A DNA stretch of 64,000 nt from Eledone cirrhosa (GCA_964016885.1 OZ024742.1:319486001-319550000), one strand, 5' to 3'; counted from the stretch's first letter, positions 1-11,289 are shown. Program-made: numbers and translations. The notes: generated from the letters alone by a model not told the origin.

Positions 1-393
1 CTACACGACCTCATTTGTTTCGGCCTGGATGGCGCGGCACCAACATAACTTTACATAGAACGGGGTGGTGTGGATGGGGTGGGGGTGGTGGTGGTGGTGG
101 GACGGGGTGTATTTTGTTAGAGATGCCTACTGGCTGGAGTAGGTTTTACTATATATTTAGGTAAGGCGGGTCTTCTCTATTACTGAGTACCGCCAAAGGT
201 CTCGGTCCAGTGACATTGTCTTGGAGAGGTGTAAGTGTGTGATGTCGGAGTTTATCAGCTCGTCCCAGGTTTTTCTAGGTCTGCCTATTCCGTGACTACC
301 GTCTATCTTTATTGCCCTGCACTTTGTTATACAGCTATCGACTTTCATGCGCATCACGTGTCCATACCAACGTAGCCTTCTCTCGAGTAAACA
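1..393 (-). mobile_element. RTE LINE family B, 3' fragment (ORF C-terminus and start of 3' UTR), runs off the window edge
   Basis: ORF 157..423(-) encodes RRLRWYGHVMRM...GRPRKTW, a typical RTE C-terminus; near-identical to the reverse complement of ~22350-22714. Confidence 0.9.
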
Positions 394-404
394 TAGATAT
401 GTCA

Positions 405-651
405 ATGACAGAACAGTCCACACTGTAAGGTGGCCGTGTAGGAGACACGGTGAAAAGGCTCCCAGTCCACACTGTAAATGTGGTTGGTGTTAGGAAGGGT
501 ATCTAGCTGTAAAAAAAACCTGTCAGACGCTTCCATGCGAGCGAGACATGGTCTCCTGACCATTCCTGCATCAAATGGAACAAAACCGTCTAACCCATGA
601 TAGTGTGGAAGCTGGACGTTAAACGATGATGATGATGATGATGATGATGAT
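405..651 (+). mobile_element. RTE-type 3' UTR/tail fragment ending in (GAT)n
   Basis: cacactgtaaatgtggttggtgttaggaaggg...ggacgttaaacgatgatgat, homologous to the tail at 22720-22957 but more diverged. Confidence 0.8.
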
Positions 652-817
652 GTTATATTGTTATATTTGGGGAGGGTCATATTGTTATAATATTGCCAGA
701 AATAATAATAAAACACACTGTTTGGTTTGGATTGGTTTTCACTTCTGTATCTTTTATATCTCCATAGTTAATTTATCTGGCAATCATTGTTTATTGATTG
801 ACCATATATATATATAT

Positions 818-2938
818 CATCATCATCATCATCACCGTTTTACGTCCGTTCTTTCACGCTAGCATGGGTTAGGCGGGTTGTCATGTTGTGGGCAGTGTCT
901 GGTCGGCTGACCATGCCTTGCTCATACAGGAACTGATTTGGCTTGATTTCTACAGCTGGATGCCCTTCCTAACACCAACCTCATTTACAGTGAGTACTGG
1001 GTGCTTTTTCGTGGCGCCTACACTGTCCACTTTACAGTGTGGGCTGGGTGCTTTTTTGCCGTGGCCCCTCCATGACCACCATGCAGTGGGGGGTGTCGGG
1101 GCATATTGTCTATATGCTTCAGCTTGTACCCATGGGAGGTCGGTACTCTGTATTACTGCATGACGCCAGAAGTCACGGCTTTTGAGAAGTGTAATTGGGT
1201 AAGGTCGGCTTTTATCACCTCATCCCAGGTCATCTTCGGTCTCCCCACTCCGCGGTTTCCATCGACTTCTAGTGCTTTGCACCTTTTTATGCAGCTGTCA
1301 TCCTTCATACGCATCACATGTCCATACCAACGCAACCGCCTCCTGCACACAGCATTTGATTCCTCTTATGCTCAGTCTCTCTATCTCAATTCATTTATGC
1401 TTTGTCGTTCGCGTATATTACTATTACACATCCATCGGAGCATGCAGGCTTCGTTTCTCTCTAATCTACGTAAGTCTTCCACCTTCAGCGCCCAGGTCTC
1501 ACTACCATGTAACATTGCTCTTCGGATACACGCATCATACAGTCTACCTTTCATTTTGAGGGAGAAGCCTTTTACAGCTAGCAGTGGTAGTAGTTCCCTG
1601 AACTTCTTCCATCCCGTTCTTACCCTAGTTATTGTACTTTCTGAACACCCACCTCCGCTGCTAATTCGGTCACCTAGGTAGCAGAAGCTGTCTACTGTCT
1701 CTACAGAGCCTTCCTAGAGATTGGTGGTACTTGTTTCCTGTGGCTGTTTGCTGCTTGCTGTCCCAGTACAGCTGCTGCATGTGAAGCCTACATTCTTAAT
1801 TAGGCTTCCTGATATCCTGCTACATCTCTTGTGTACCCATTGTTTGCATTTGGGGCAGAGAATGGAGTTCCTACCTACACCTTTCCTACATACTGAGCAA
1901 GGCCATTTCCCTGAGGGGATCTAGGTTCTGTTTTCTCGTCTACTTACAAGGACCTTAGTCTTTGTCATGTTGACTTTGAGACCCTTTCTTTCTAGTCCCT
2001 GCTTCCAAGTTTGGAATTTCTTCTCTAGTTCTACCATAGATTCAGCTATAAGTGCGAGGTCATCAGCATACAGGAGTTCCCATGGGCATCCGGTCTTAAA
2101 CTCCTCCGTTATTGCCTGCAGGACTTTGATGAACAGGAGTGGGCTAAGAACAGAGCCCTGGTGGACCCCAACCTGTACGCTAAATTCCTCGCTATACTCA
2201 TTGCTAATCCTAACTTTGCTGACTGCTCCCCTATACATGGCTTGTACAGCTTTCACAAGCCATTCATCTACTCCTAGTTTTCTAAGAGCCCACCAGATTA
2301 CAGCACGTGGAACTCTGTCAAAGGCTTTCTCGAGATCGACGAATGCCAGGTAGAGTGGCTTACTTTTAGCTAGGTACTTTTCCTGTAACTGCCTCACAAG
2401 GAAGAGGGCATCAGTGGTGCCTCTTCCTGGTACAAACCCAAATTGCATCTCATCTAGTTTCACCCGGTCCCTAATCAACTGTGCTATAACTCTTTCTGTT
2501 ACTTTCATGACCTGGTCCATCAGCTTTATACCTCTATAGTTTCCTCGATCTAGTGCATCACCTTTACCTTTGTAGCAGTTGACAATGATGCTACTGCTCC
2601 AATCTTTTGGTATGACACCTTCTAGTATTACCTGGTTAACAATAGGTGTGGTTATAGTGTGACCTACAGACCCAGATGCCTTCAGCATCTCAGCAGCTAT
2701 ACCCGATGGACCGGTTGCCTTCCCCATCTTCATATCTTTGATTGCCTTACTTACTACGCTGCTGCTGACTTGTACTGCTGGCCCCTCTATAGGGTCTACT
2801 TGGGGTAGGGTCTTTTCTTCCCATGCATTCTCCTCATTTAGTAATCTATGCATCTTTCTTCTCAGCACTTGTGAGGGCAAGCTCACCTTTATCATTCCGG
2901 ATACACTTCTCTCCAATGACATCACAATTCTCTCTGAC
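818..2938 (-). mobile_element. RTE LINE family A, 5'-truncated and mutated
   Basis: RT motifs (NYRGIKL, QFGF, FVDLEKAFDRV, GVHQGSVLSP, LLYADD) in ORF 1921..2940; premature TAG near 1922; frameshift deletion near 2850; (CAT)n at 818-834 is the (GAT)n tail; (TA)n on both flanks. Confidence 0.95.
1921..2850 (-). pseudogene. RTE reverse transcriptase domain, disrupted
   Basis: RT domains with YADD; stop just before the PHD finger; the first ~30 aa of the track ORF are out of frame (true frame VRENCDVIGEKCIRNDKGEL...). Confidence 0.9.
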
Positions 2939-3096
2939 ATATATATATATATCTTTTCTGTGTTTCATCTGCCTGTCATTTACCTTGTGGATTTTGTCTC
3001 TCTGTTGAGCTGGCTGCTGGTCGCTGAGGCATTTGTGCCTATCACTGTCTTTGACAGCATTCGGCTGTTTTAACAGCTGTTCTAGCGATGAGTTTT

Positions 3097-3128
<32 letters not shown>

Positions 3129-3134
<6 letters not shown>

Positions 3135-3231
3135 TTAGAAAATTAACAAAGAGAGGGCAAGACAACAAACGAAAAGCAATTTTTTAAGGTAAAAACTTTG
3201 TCTTGTCCTCTATGTTAATTTTCTGAAGTTT
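3129..3231. repeat. Imperfect inverted repeat (~35-bp arms) between (TA)n tracts
   Basis: aactttagaaaattaacaaagagagggcaagacaa ... ttgtcttgtcctctatgttaattttctgaagtt. Confidence 0.75.
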
Positions 3232-3347
3232 ATCAATACAAATGTGACGGACGTGTTATCTCTTCTCCCCCATTTATTGCAATGGTTATATATATATATA
3301 TATATATATATAGTTATGTAATAAACAACATAAGGTAATTATTTCAT

Positions 3348-4319
3348 TTACCTTATCATAAACCTAACGAAAATCTTAGATATATACACAAAGAGTCTTG
3401 CCATCCCCCTATAGTTTAAAAAAATCTTATTCCCAACATTAGCCATACGATTTTTACCTTATCTTCGTCTCTAGACATTTTTAATAAAGCCCTTAATAAC
3501 AGCGGATTTACAGAACACATTAATTACTTACCTACTCCTCCCCCTAAAACTAACCACAATAATAGGAAAAGGAAAATTATTTGGTTTACACCTCCCTTCT
3601 CTCTAACTGTCAAAACTAATGTTGGGAGGAAATTCCGTGACCTCTTAGACAAATATTTTCCTCCTAATCATAGATATCAAGGGCGGTGCCCCAGCATGGC
3701 CTCAGCCAGATGGCTGAAACAGGTAAAAGAGTAAAAAAAAGAGTATTATAAGATATTTAATAGAAATGTAGTTAAAATTAGTTACTCTTGCTGCCCATCA
3801 ATGAAGTCTAAAATCACCAATTCTAATCGTACGAGAATAAATCTAGGATGCAGTTGCGGAAAGCCGGATGAATGCCCATTACAGGGCAAATGTAACACCA
3901 AATCCGTTGTATATGAGGCCAAAGTGACACCTTTAATTGACAACCAGCCAGCCAGGAGTGAACGATATGTTGGCATGACTCAGTACAGGTTTAAAACCAG
4001 GTTTTATGCACATGTTGCTTCTTTTAAACACTCCGATAAAAGAACAACAACGGCTCTCGCAAATAAAGTGTGGGAATTCAAGGATAAAAACATCCCGTAC
4101 TCTATAGATTGGTCTATTTTAGACCATTCGAGGGAGTACCAAAGGGGCACAAAAAATTGTTCTTTGTGTACCACTGAAAAATTTAGGATTTTACAAAACT
4201 TGAAAGCCACTTCAACTTGCCTGAAGTCCAAGACCGAGATGTTCAGATGTTGTCCTCACCTGAAATCACATCTGACCTGTAACTGGATTGACATTCCTAC
4301 GATGACTCAACCACCTTGA
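3348..4319 (+). pseudogene. Penelope-like RT thumb/linker plus C-terminal GIY-YIG endonuclease
   Basis: VYEAKV...RYVGMT...FKTRFYAH (GIY-YIG) flanked by CSC...CPLQGKC and CSLC...EK motifs; in-frame TAA near 3417; interrupted by an insert at 3678-3743. Confidence 0.85.
3678..3743 (+). mobile_element. Short 5'-truncated SINE/LINE 3' end inserted in the Penelope ORF
   Basis: caagggcggtgccccagcatggcc...gctgaaacaggtaaaagagtaaaa with A-rich tail; removing it (with a duplicated TAT) restores HRYYKIFNRNVVKISYSC. Confidence 0.7.
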
Positions 4320-4556
4320 GCTTCTTCTCTGCTCTCTATGCCTTACATCCACTATGATTTTTATTTCTCTCTGAACTCACTTTCTGTACTCTTATATTCT
4401 TTTTCTCCCTTATCTCCCCTTGTATTTAAACTTTTTACTATGTTATTATTCTTTTATATATTTTCATATATGTGTATATGTTTTATATATATATATATAT
4501 ATAATAGCCGTCGAAACGGCTTGAGCTCTGCCGTCGGGGTCATACTGTTTCCTATG

Positions 4557-4637
<81 letters not shown>

Positions 4638-4662
4638 TTTTGTATGGTTGTGTTTGTGTATG

Positions 4663-4711
<49 letters not shown>

Positions 4712-4749
4712 ATGTATGCGTGTGTATATATATATACACACGCATACAT

Positions 4750-5152
4750 GAGATGACCCCTTAGCCTTTGTCAAGGCAGAATTCTAGGAGAAGGAAAACT
4801 CTGATATAACTCCTGCAACTCTGATGGTATCCAATGATGTTGACTTGTTCTTCTTTTTGGTAAATATCATCTTGGTTAAGAGAGTGAGACTGGCTTTGTG
4901 CAGTGCCTTTGCTAACTATAAAAGCTTCATGGCACAGGCATTGCTTTATATCTGGAGATCTCTCTGCACTTGTCACATGGTACCATGGGCCCAGCACTAT
5001 GTGTTAATAATTGTCACAAGTGTAGTGTTTGTACCAGAGTTTTCAAGTCGCTGGCTGGACTAAAAAGTCACATTCGTTCAGCGCATCGGTGGGGGTTCTC
5101 CTACACGCATATAAAGTAGTGGCCGTACTCGAAAACGAGTTGGCAGCCACCA
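4750..5152 (+). mobile_element. Non-autonomous RTE/BovB-like derivative, 5'-truncated copy
   Basis: Highly similar to 56118-56518; encodes a terminal C2H2 finger [22 protein letters not shown]; ends in a hairpin then (TA)n. Confidence 0.7.
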
Positions 5153-5575
5153 TATATATATATGTAATTGTATGTGTATATATGTGTATGTATGTATAAT
5201 TATTATATATATGTATGTATATGTGTGTGAGTGTATGTATTTATTTAATTATATATATATATATGTATGTCTATGCGTAAATATATGTGTATTGCTTACC
5301 ACGTGTGTTTGTTTATTTATTTGTGTCCGTTCCTGTATAGCTGTCAACGTTATAATAATTTTTATTATTTTTTATTTTCTGAAGTCGTATATTTTTTATT
5401 TTGATGTGCCGGCCTTTTGCTTTATTTTTTATTATTATTTTCTTATAATTAATTGTGTACGTGCGTATGTAGGTGTGTGTACATATATCTATATATATGT
5501 GTGCGTGCGTATGTATGCGTGTATATATGTGTGTATGTACGTGTGTATATATGTATGACTGTATGTATGTGTGTG

Positions 5576-5632
<57 letters not shown>

Positions 5633-5758
5633 GTTCTATTTAAATTGTTGAGATACAACAAGCAAATATTTTTATAACTGATATAAAGCACTCAACAAAT
5701 TATTGGAGTAAAAATACGATATATTAACAAATGGAAACTATATTTATAAAACCATATT

Positions 5759-5823
5759 TATTTCATTATACATATTTCAAGGACACCAAGTCAAATTATG
5801 GTGCGCTTTCATCAGATAAAATA
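5759..5823 (-). ncRNA. Minimal type-I hammerhead ribozyme motif (minus arm of palindrome)
   Basis: Reverse complement reads tattttat-CTGATGA-aagcgcacca/tggtgtcctt-GAAA-t...ATA-atgaaata. Confidence 0.65.
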
Positions 5824-6070
5824 TAATATAGATCAGTTTTATAAATAAATATTGACATACCCTTAAAGAATGCGACCATTTCTGTTGGAAGCTCCCGGAT
5901 AGTGGGGTTATTAAATTTATTTAGTCTATTATGCAAATTAGTGTCGGATATACTAATTTGCATAATAGACTAGATAAATTTAATAACCCCACTATCCGGG
6001 AGCTTCCGACAGAAATGGTTGCATTCTTTAAGGGTATGTCAATATTTATTTATAAAACTGATCTATATTA

Positions 6071-6135
6071 TATTTTATCTGATGAAAGCGCTCCATAATT
6101 TGACTTGGTGTCCTTGAAATATGTATAATGAAATA
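6071..6135 (+). ncRNA. Minimal type-I hammerhead ribozyme motif (plus arm of palindrome)
   Basis: Stem I tattttat/atgaaata; CTGATGA 6079-6085; stem II 6086-6115; GAAA 6116-6119; predicted cleavage after ATA at 6127. Confidence 0.65.
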
Positions 6136-6166
6136 AATATGGTTTTATAAATATAGTTTCCATTTG

Positions 6167-6223
<57 letters not shown>

Positions 6224-6306
6224 GTGTGTGTGTTTGTGTATTTATGTGTATGTATGGATATGTGTGTGTATATATACATATATATATTTATATGTATGTG
6301 TGTATA

Positions 6307-6380
<74 letters not shown>

Positions 6381-6451
6381 AGATCAAAAGAGTTCCAAGT
6401 ACTTATCCGATATTTGCATTACTTTATTGTGCTACAATATAACTCACCTGC

Positions 6452-6494
<43 letters not shown>

Positions 6495-6600
6495 AATTAA
6501 AATACTAGAGTGCGTTGGAGTAAAACATACTCGTCATATTATAGAAATGACAGTATAGGATATAGCTCAATGTAATACAACAGAGCCGAAAAATTATAAA

Positions 6601-6632
<32 letters not shown>

Positions 6633-6636
<4 letters not shown>

Positions 6637-6993
6637 GCATCTCTAACAAAACGCACCCCCACCCCATCCACACCGCCCCTTTCAATGGAAAGTTATGTTG
6701 GTGCCACAACATCCAGGCCGAAACAAATGAGATCGTGTAGGTGTCATGACAAAAAAAAAACACAGTCCACGCTGTAATGTGGCCGTGTAGGCAACACGGT
6801 AAAAACCCTCCCAGTCCCACACTGTAAATGTGGTTGGTGTTAGGAAGGGCACCCAGCTGTAGAAAACCCGCCAGACAGTCCTATGCGAGCAAGACAACCA
6901 CTCTTGCCTCAAGTGGGAAAACTCCCGTCCAAACCCATGCAAGCGTGGAACATGGACGTTAAACGATGATGATGATGATGATGATGATGATGA
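6633..6993 (+). mobile_element. RTE family B 3' UTR-only copy with (GAT)n tail
   Basis: Matches 22588-22957; preceded by (TA)n. Confidence 0.9.
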
Positions 6994-7168
6994 TATATGT
7001 CTATGTGTTTATATGTATGTATGTGTGTATGTGTGTGTGTGTGTGTGTATGTGTGTTTATCTACTTTTATATTTATTCTTTTTCCTCTCCTTCTTTCTTT
7101 TCCAGCCTCACTTTCATATAGGTTATATTTTTGTTTTTAAAATCCAGTCAATAAATACAACAGGATTT

Positions 7169-7229
7169 TTTCATTCTGATGAATGAAAGCAAATTTCGTT
7201 TGCTTTCAAGAAACCACTAGTAAATGAAA
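7169..7229 (+). ncRNA. Minimal type-I hammerhead ribozyme motif of a Penelope pseudo-LTR
   Basis: Stem I tttcatt/aatgaaa; CTGATGA 7176-7182; 10-bp stem II tgaaagcaaa/tttgctttca (A.A mismatch at its base); GAAAC-cacta-GTA, predicted cleavage after 7222. Confidence 0.7.
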
Positions 7230-7553
7230 TAATTACCTTATGTTGTTTATTACATAACTATTAAGCTCTGTAACCTACTTAGAGCACTCTTTTCCTGGAC
7301 CTTTCCGACGGAATTACTTCATTTATATATATATATATGAATTGGGCAAATAGTTTAGTGATGTACTGAAGTTAAGAGATGAGCTTGAGAAGAAAGAGTA
7401 TGCAACAGTTAGATAGTTCAGATAAGTAGAGGCCACTGTAGTTGATGAGGCAGACATTGGACGCCTTGTCTATAAGGTTGTACTATAATGGTAATTAATG
7501 CTACATACAGTTAATTTTTTTTTGAGAACATTTTAGCAATGTTCCAAATCTAA

Positions 7554-8253
7554 TCTATATATATAAAACTGAGGTTGTCTGTCTGTCTATCGATTTTTGG
7601 CACACATCTCCTCTTAGAATCTCTCACGGAATTGCACCGAAATTGCTATACTTGTACATTGAGCCCTAGCGAAGACATCGGAAAAAAAATATTTCAAATT
7701 GACCCGCCCTATCTGACGAAATCGAATATAATGTATCGATTTTTGAGCGTAAGTGATCAGTTATTTCCCTTTGTTCTGTTTACATTGAGCGTCTTACGTT
7801 CTGTCGTGCAGAGAGGTGATATACGCGTGCAGACAGACAGTCATGCAGAGAGGTGATATACGCGTGCAGACAGACAGTCGTGCAGAGAGGTGATATAGGC
7901 ATGCAGACACAGTCGTGCAGAGAGGTGATATAGGCGTGCAGACAGACATAACTGATAATTTGGTTACGCTAATGTTTTTCTCTGCGTTGCAGTGTTTACA
8001 TTTTCGATCTTTGTTAATAAATAACCAGTGCAGTTTCTATCCCCAGCATCCTCTTTTGTTATAACATTCGGGTTATCGTTATGTTTTCTTAACTTCATAA
8101 GGCATATTGTTGGTTGAGGGAATATTAATCAAAAACACCACATGCAAGTCTGCACAGTAGACACTACAGTTTTTAAGCCAAAAAAGAAACTTAACATTGT
8201 AACTTTAACACAGCTACTGAGCGACCCCAAGCAACGCCGGGCTTTACTGCTAG
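7554..8253 (+). mobile_element. Non-autonomous Helitron with internal minisatellite
   Basis: A|TC start (tctatatatataaaact), 3' hairpin cccaagcaacgccggg then CTAG|T; second copy at 59011-59972. Confidence 0.9.
7801..7948 (+). repeat. ~39-bp minisatellite inside the Helitron (~3.5 units)
   Basis: Unit gtcgtgcagagaggtgatata(c/g)gcgtgcagacagaca. Confidence 0.9.
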
Positions 8254-8538
8254 TATAGGTTAAAGTGGGTTTGTAGTTCCTAAAATGAAAATGATGAAAG
8301 GGCAACTTTCTGTTAATATACTAATGGTTCTCATGGATTTTGTTTTTGTCAGTCTGTCATTCGAACGATACAATCTCATAAAAATATTCTAAAATCTTTA
8401 GAGGAACACATTCACCAGACACACACAAAAAAGTAAGTTAATAATGGGGGAGGGGCAACAATCTAAATTTTCTAAAGTGTAGCATTTTCTGTTTATTGGT
8501 GTTGCCCCCCCCCCCATCCTCTCTCTCTATATATATCA

Positions 8539-8724
8539 AATAATTGTTTCTACATTTGGCACAAGGCCAGCAATCACCCAGTGCATTACTGGTACTTTAT
8601 TTTATCGACCCCATAAGGATGAAAGGCAAAGTTAACTTCGGCGGGATTTGAACTTAGAATGGCAAGGACTGTAATTCTATGCGTCAAAGCATGGTGTCCG
8701 ACCCTCTACCGATACTGCCAACCC
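8539..8724 (-). mobile_element. tRNA-derived SINE group 1 (MetaSINE-like core)
   Basis: A box TGGCAGTATCGG, B box GTTCAAATCC, core gcctttcatccttacggggtcgataaaataaagtaccag; TSD atcaaataat. Confidence 0.9.
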
Positions 8725-9282
8725 AATCAAATAATGGTAGTTAAGATGCGATTAATTAATTCACCATAATTTTTTATTGCATGATATATATTTCTGTTAC
8801 ATGGTTATTCATGTGACTTTATCAGATGCTTACACAATCATAGGTGCAATCATTGCAATCATTGTGATATGCCGGTGGCCATGTATGTCTACCCACAAAC
8901 AACTTGGTTAAAGTTTTCTTGAGATTTAATACTATCTATTCCATCCATAAAACAATGGGCTATGTATTAGTAATACTAATTTTTAAGCTCTTATTAAAAA
9001 ATAAGATAGAAAATAAAGTCAAAGATTTGTTCTAAAAGAAATACAACAAAAAACTATTCTTGCATTAAATTCTTATGATAGTTTTTTTCTTTCTCTGCAC
9101 TACTATAGTGGTGTTGATAATGCAATATTTAGTGCTCGAATACACTGGAGCATAGGGTCTGAGTGATACCTTCCAGTTTTGGGACAATTAAGTAAGCTAC
9201 TTAACTCTATGAAGCTTTTCATACCTTTTGTATATAGAGTTGATCACCCCACCAGCTTGTCATTTAACCAATGAATAGAAGT

Positions 9283-9690
9283 GAAGGCATATGGTCTAGT
9301 GATTAGGGTGTTAAACTCATGTTCATAAGATCATGGGTCCAATTCCTGGACCAGTTGACATGCTTTCTTCAGCAAGTTGCTTCATTTTATGTTGTTTTTC
9401 ATGATGGATTGGGGTCTGTATCATTCAAGCGCCTGAGAAACTTCTAATGAGGTGCAACCTTGTAGAAGGTTGTGTTGTATCAACATAAGATTCAGGTCCC
9501 TGTCATTAAATCACCTGAGAAACCTCCTATGAAATTTTAATTTCAGGTCAGCTAAACCTGCATATGTGTGAGCTGTAACAATCACAATAACATGATAGCA
9601 CTAAGATCCCTATCATTAAAACACCTGAATAACCAGAGATGCAACCTTGTATGAGGACAACTAAACCTGCACATAGGTGTGAGCTGGATA
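9283..9690 (+). mobile_element. tRNA-derived SINE group 2, tail type II repeated about three times
   Basis: gaaggcatatggtctagtgattagg head; three copies of ccctatcattaaaacacctgagaaacc...gctaaacctgca. Confidence 0.65.
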
Positions 9691-9772
9691 TTTGAGTTCA
9701 TTTTTCATTACTTAATTCTCTCATGATTTTCATATCTTTTGTATATAAAGTTGATCGTACTACCTCCTGCTA

Positions 9773-9965
9773 TTTTAGCATTTAAACCAGCCATATCCAG
9801 CCAAAATTCTCTCACCTCTTTCTGTTCAGACCGGCCATAACTAAACACCCATACTGATGTTAAGGTATTGTTCTCAAAATAAATATGAAAATCTCATAGA
9901 TTCGATATTATGTGAGATAAAGCCGTTACCATGAAAATACAGTAATGTAAATGCTAAAGGGTTAA
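9773..9965. mobile_element. piggyBac-type MITE
   Basis: Ends tttagcatttaaacc and gtaaatgctaaagggTTAA; homologous to 52432-52657 and 12600-12743. Confidence 0.65.
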
Positions 9966-11289
9966 CCAAGAAATGTTGCATTGTTGGTTGTTAAAAGATG
10001 CTGATATTTCTTTAATATGAAGTTATAATAATATTCTGTAACATGTTGAGTCATTACATAGGACACCACTGAAGACTATCTTTATACAGTAAATTAAATG
10101 AAGATCATTAGAATGCTTTGTATTTTTGTTCTCTTGGTGCCTGCTTGAGAGGATTTAAGATCAAAGCTAACAAATATGTCAATTTTGCATTGATACCCAC
10201 TTAACCAATGTTGTCAGTGAAATTTTATTATTTAGCCACTATTAGGCTTTTTTTTTTTAGAGGGGAGGGGGAATAGCAATATAACATTCTCATTAAGTTG
10301 GCATTTGATGCAAAATTTAAAGGTTTTTACATAAAAATAATTATGGAAGATTTTAGATAAATGCAAACACTTGAAAATAAACAGCTAAACAGCTTAGTTA
10401 TCACAGAACCAGAAACAAGTTCAGAGCTTCCCAAACATTTACATGATATATCTCTGTGATACCAATCTTGTCAGTTAAATTTTATTTCACAAACAATGGT
10501 CATTCTCATTCTATATTGGGTATATTGTTTTAAGAATTTAGGATTGTGGCTTTTATATTTGTTTTGGGGATTGGAGAGAATGATTTGGATACTACTTAGC
10601 AAATTTTGATAATTAAATTATATTACTGACTTATGTTTTCAAGACTTTTTCTTTTCATCAGAAACCTAATAATATTTTATCTTGAATTGTGTAATCTGAA
10701 GAAAATTACGGTAATCTAGTGCGTCCAAACGCAAAATATATACTTACACACTGTATAGGTTTAACAGAGAACAACTTGACAAAGACTGTGTGTCTGAAAC
10801 AACAAATCAGAATAATATATTTGGTAATAACTGAAAGGGCCTGGTGAAAAGGAAATTATACTGTATTATTTTGCATTTCTTATACATACTGTATACTATC
10901 GTAGATCAAATTCTTAGATGCAGTATTTCAATTTTGATGATAAACTACCAACTACATAATGTCTAAACGCTCATCATCTGAATCTGCAGTACTTGTCTGA
11001 TTAGAACTTTTTAGGATACAGCAGGTTCCTTTTTGGAAAACTAAACTATATAAAAACCTTTCTTCCCCATATTTGTGTGTGTATGTGTATCATCATCATT
11101 TTATATCTGCTTTCCATGGCAAGGGTTGGGCATGTCACCATCTGAAACTAGACAGATTGGAGAACTGTATCTTGCTCATATCATCTATTTTTGATTTCTA
11201 CAGCTGGATTATCTTCCTAATGCCAGCTACTTTACAAAGTTTACTGAGTGAGACTTTTCAATCTATTTTGACTTGTTACAGTTTTCAAC

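Larger units (their letters stand above)
5719..6175. repeat. Long near-perfect palindrome (~224-bp arms, 9-bp spacer at 5943-5951)
   Basis: Arms are reverse complements; I counted about 4 mismatches by eye. Confidence 0.95.
3311..7323 (+). mobile_element. Penelope-like element (Naiad-like), 5'-truncated with inverted terminal segment; 3' UTR apparently split by nested insertions
   Basis: ORF remnant LPYHKPNENLRYIHKESCHPP...IIWFTPPFS...GIY-YIG; 3311-3351 is the exact reverse complement of 7220-7260; hammerhead at 7169-7229. Joining the two ends into one element is inferred from that match. Confidence 0.75.

Noticed and set aside
1106-2353. Plus-strand ORFs of 95-191 aa (also 22025-22525, 31274-32389, 61133-61906)
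   Set aside because: Antisense frames of RTE coding sequence
3801-4319. Selenocysteine recoding in the Penelope ORF
   Set aside because: No internal in-frame TGA in the visible ORF and no SECIS recognisable by eye
10621-10670. Minus-strand CTGATGA...GAAA...GTC hammerhead-like core
   Set aside because: No stem I pairing and an extra A in the core; likely chance in AT-rich DNA
10759-10823. Possible small exon (AG...GT, frame FNREQLDKDCVSETTNQNNIF)
   Set aside because: Weak polypyrimidine tract and donor, no recognisable homology, no partner exons
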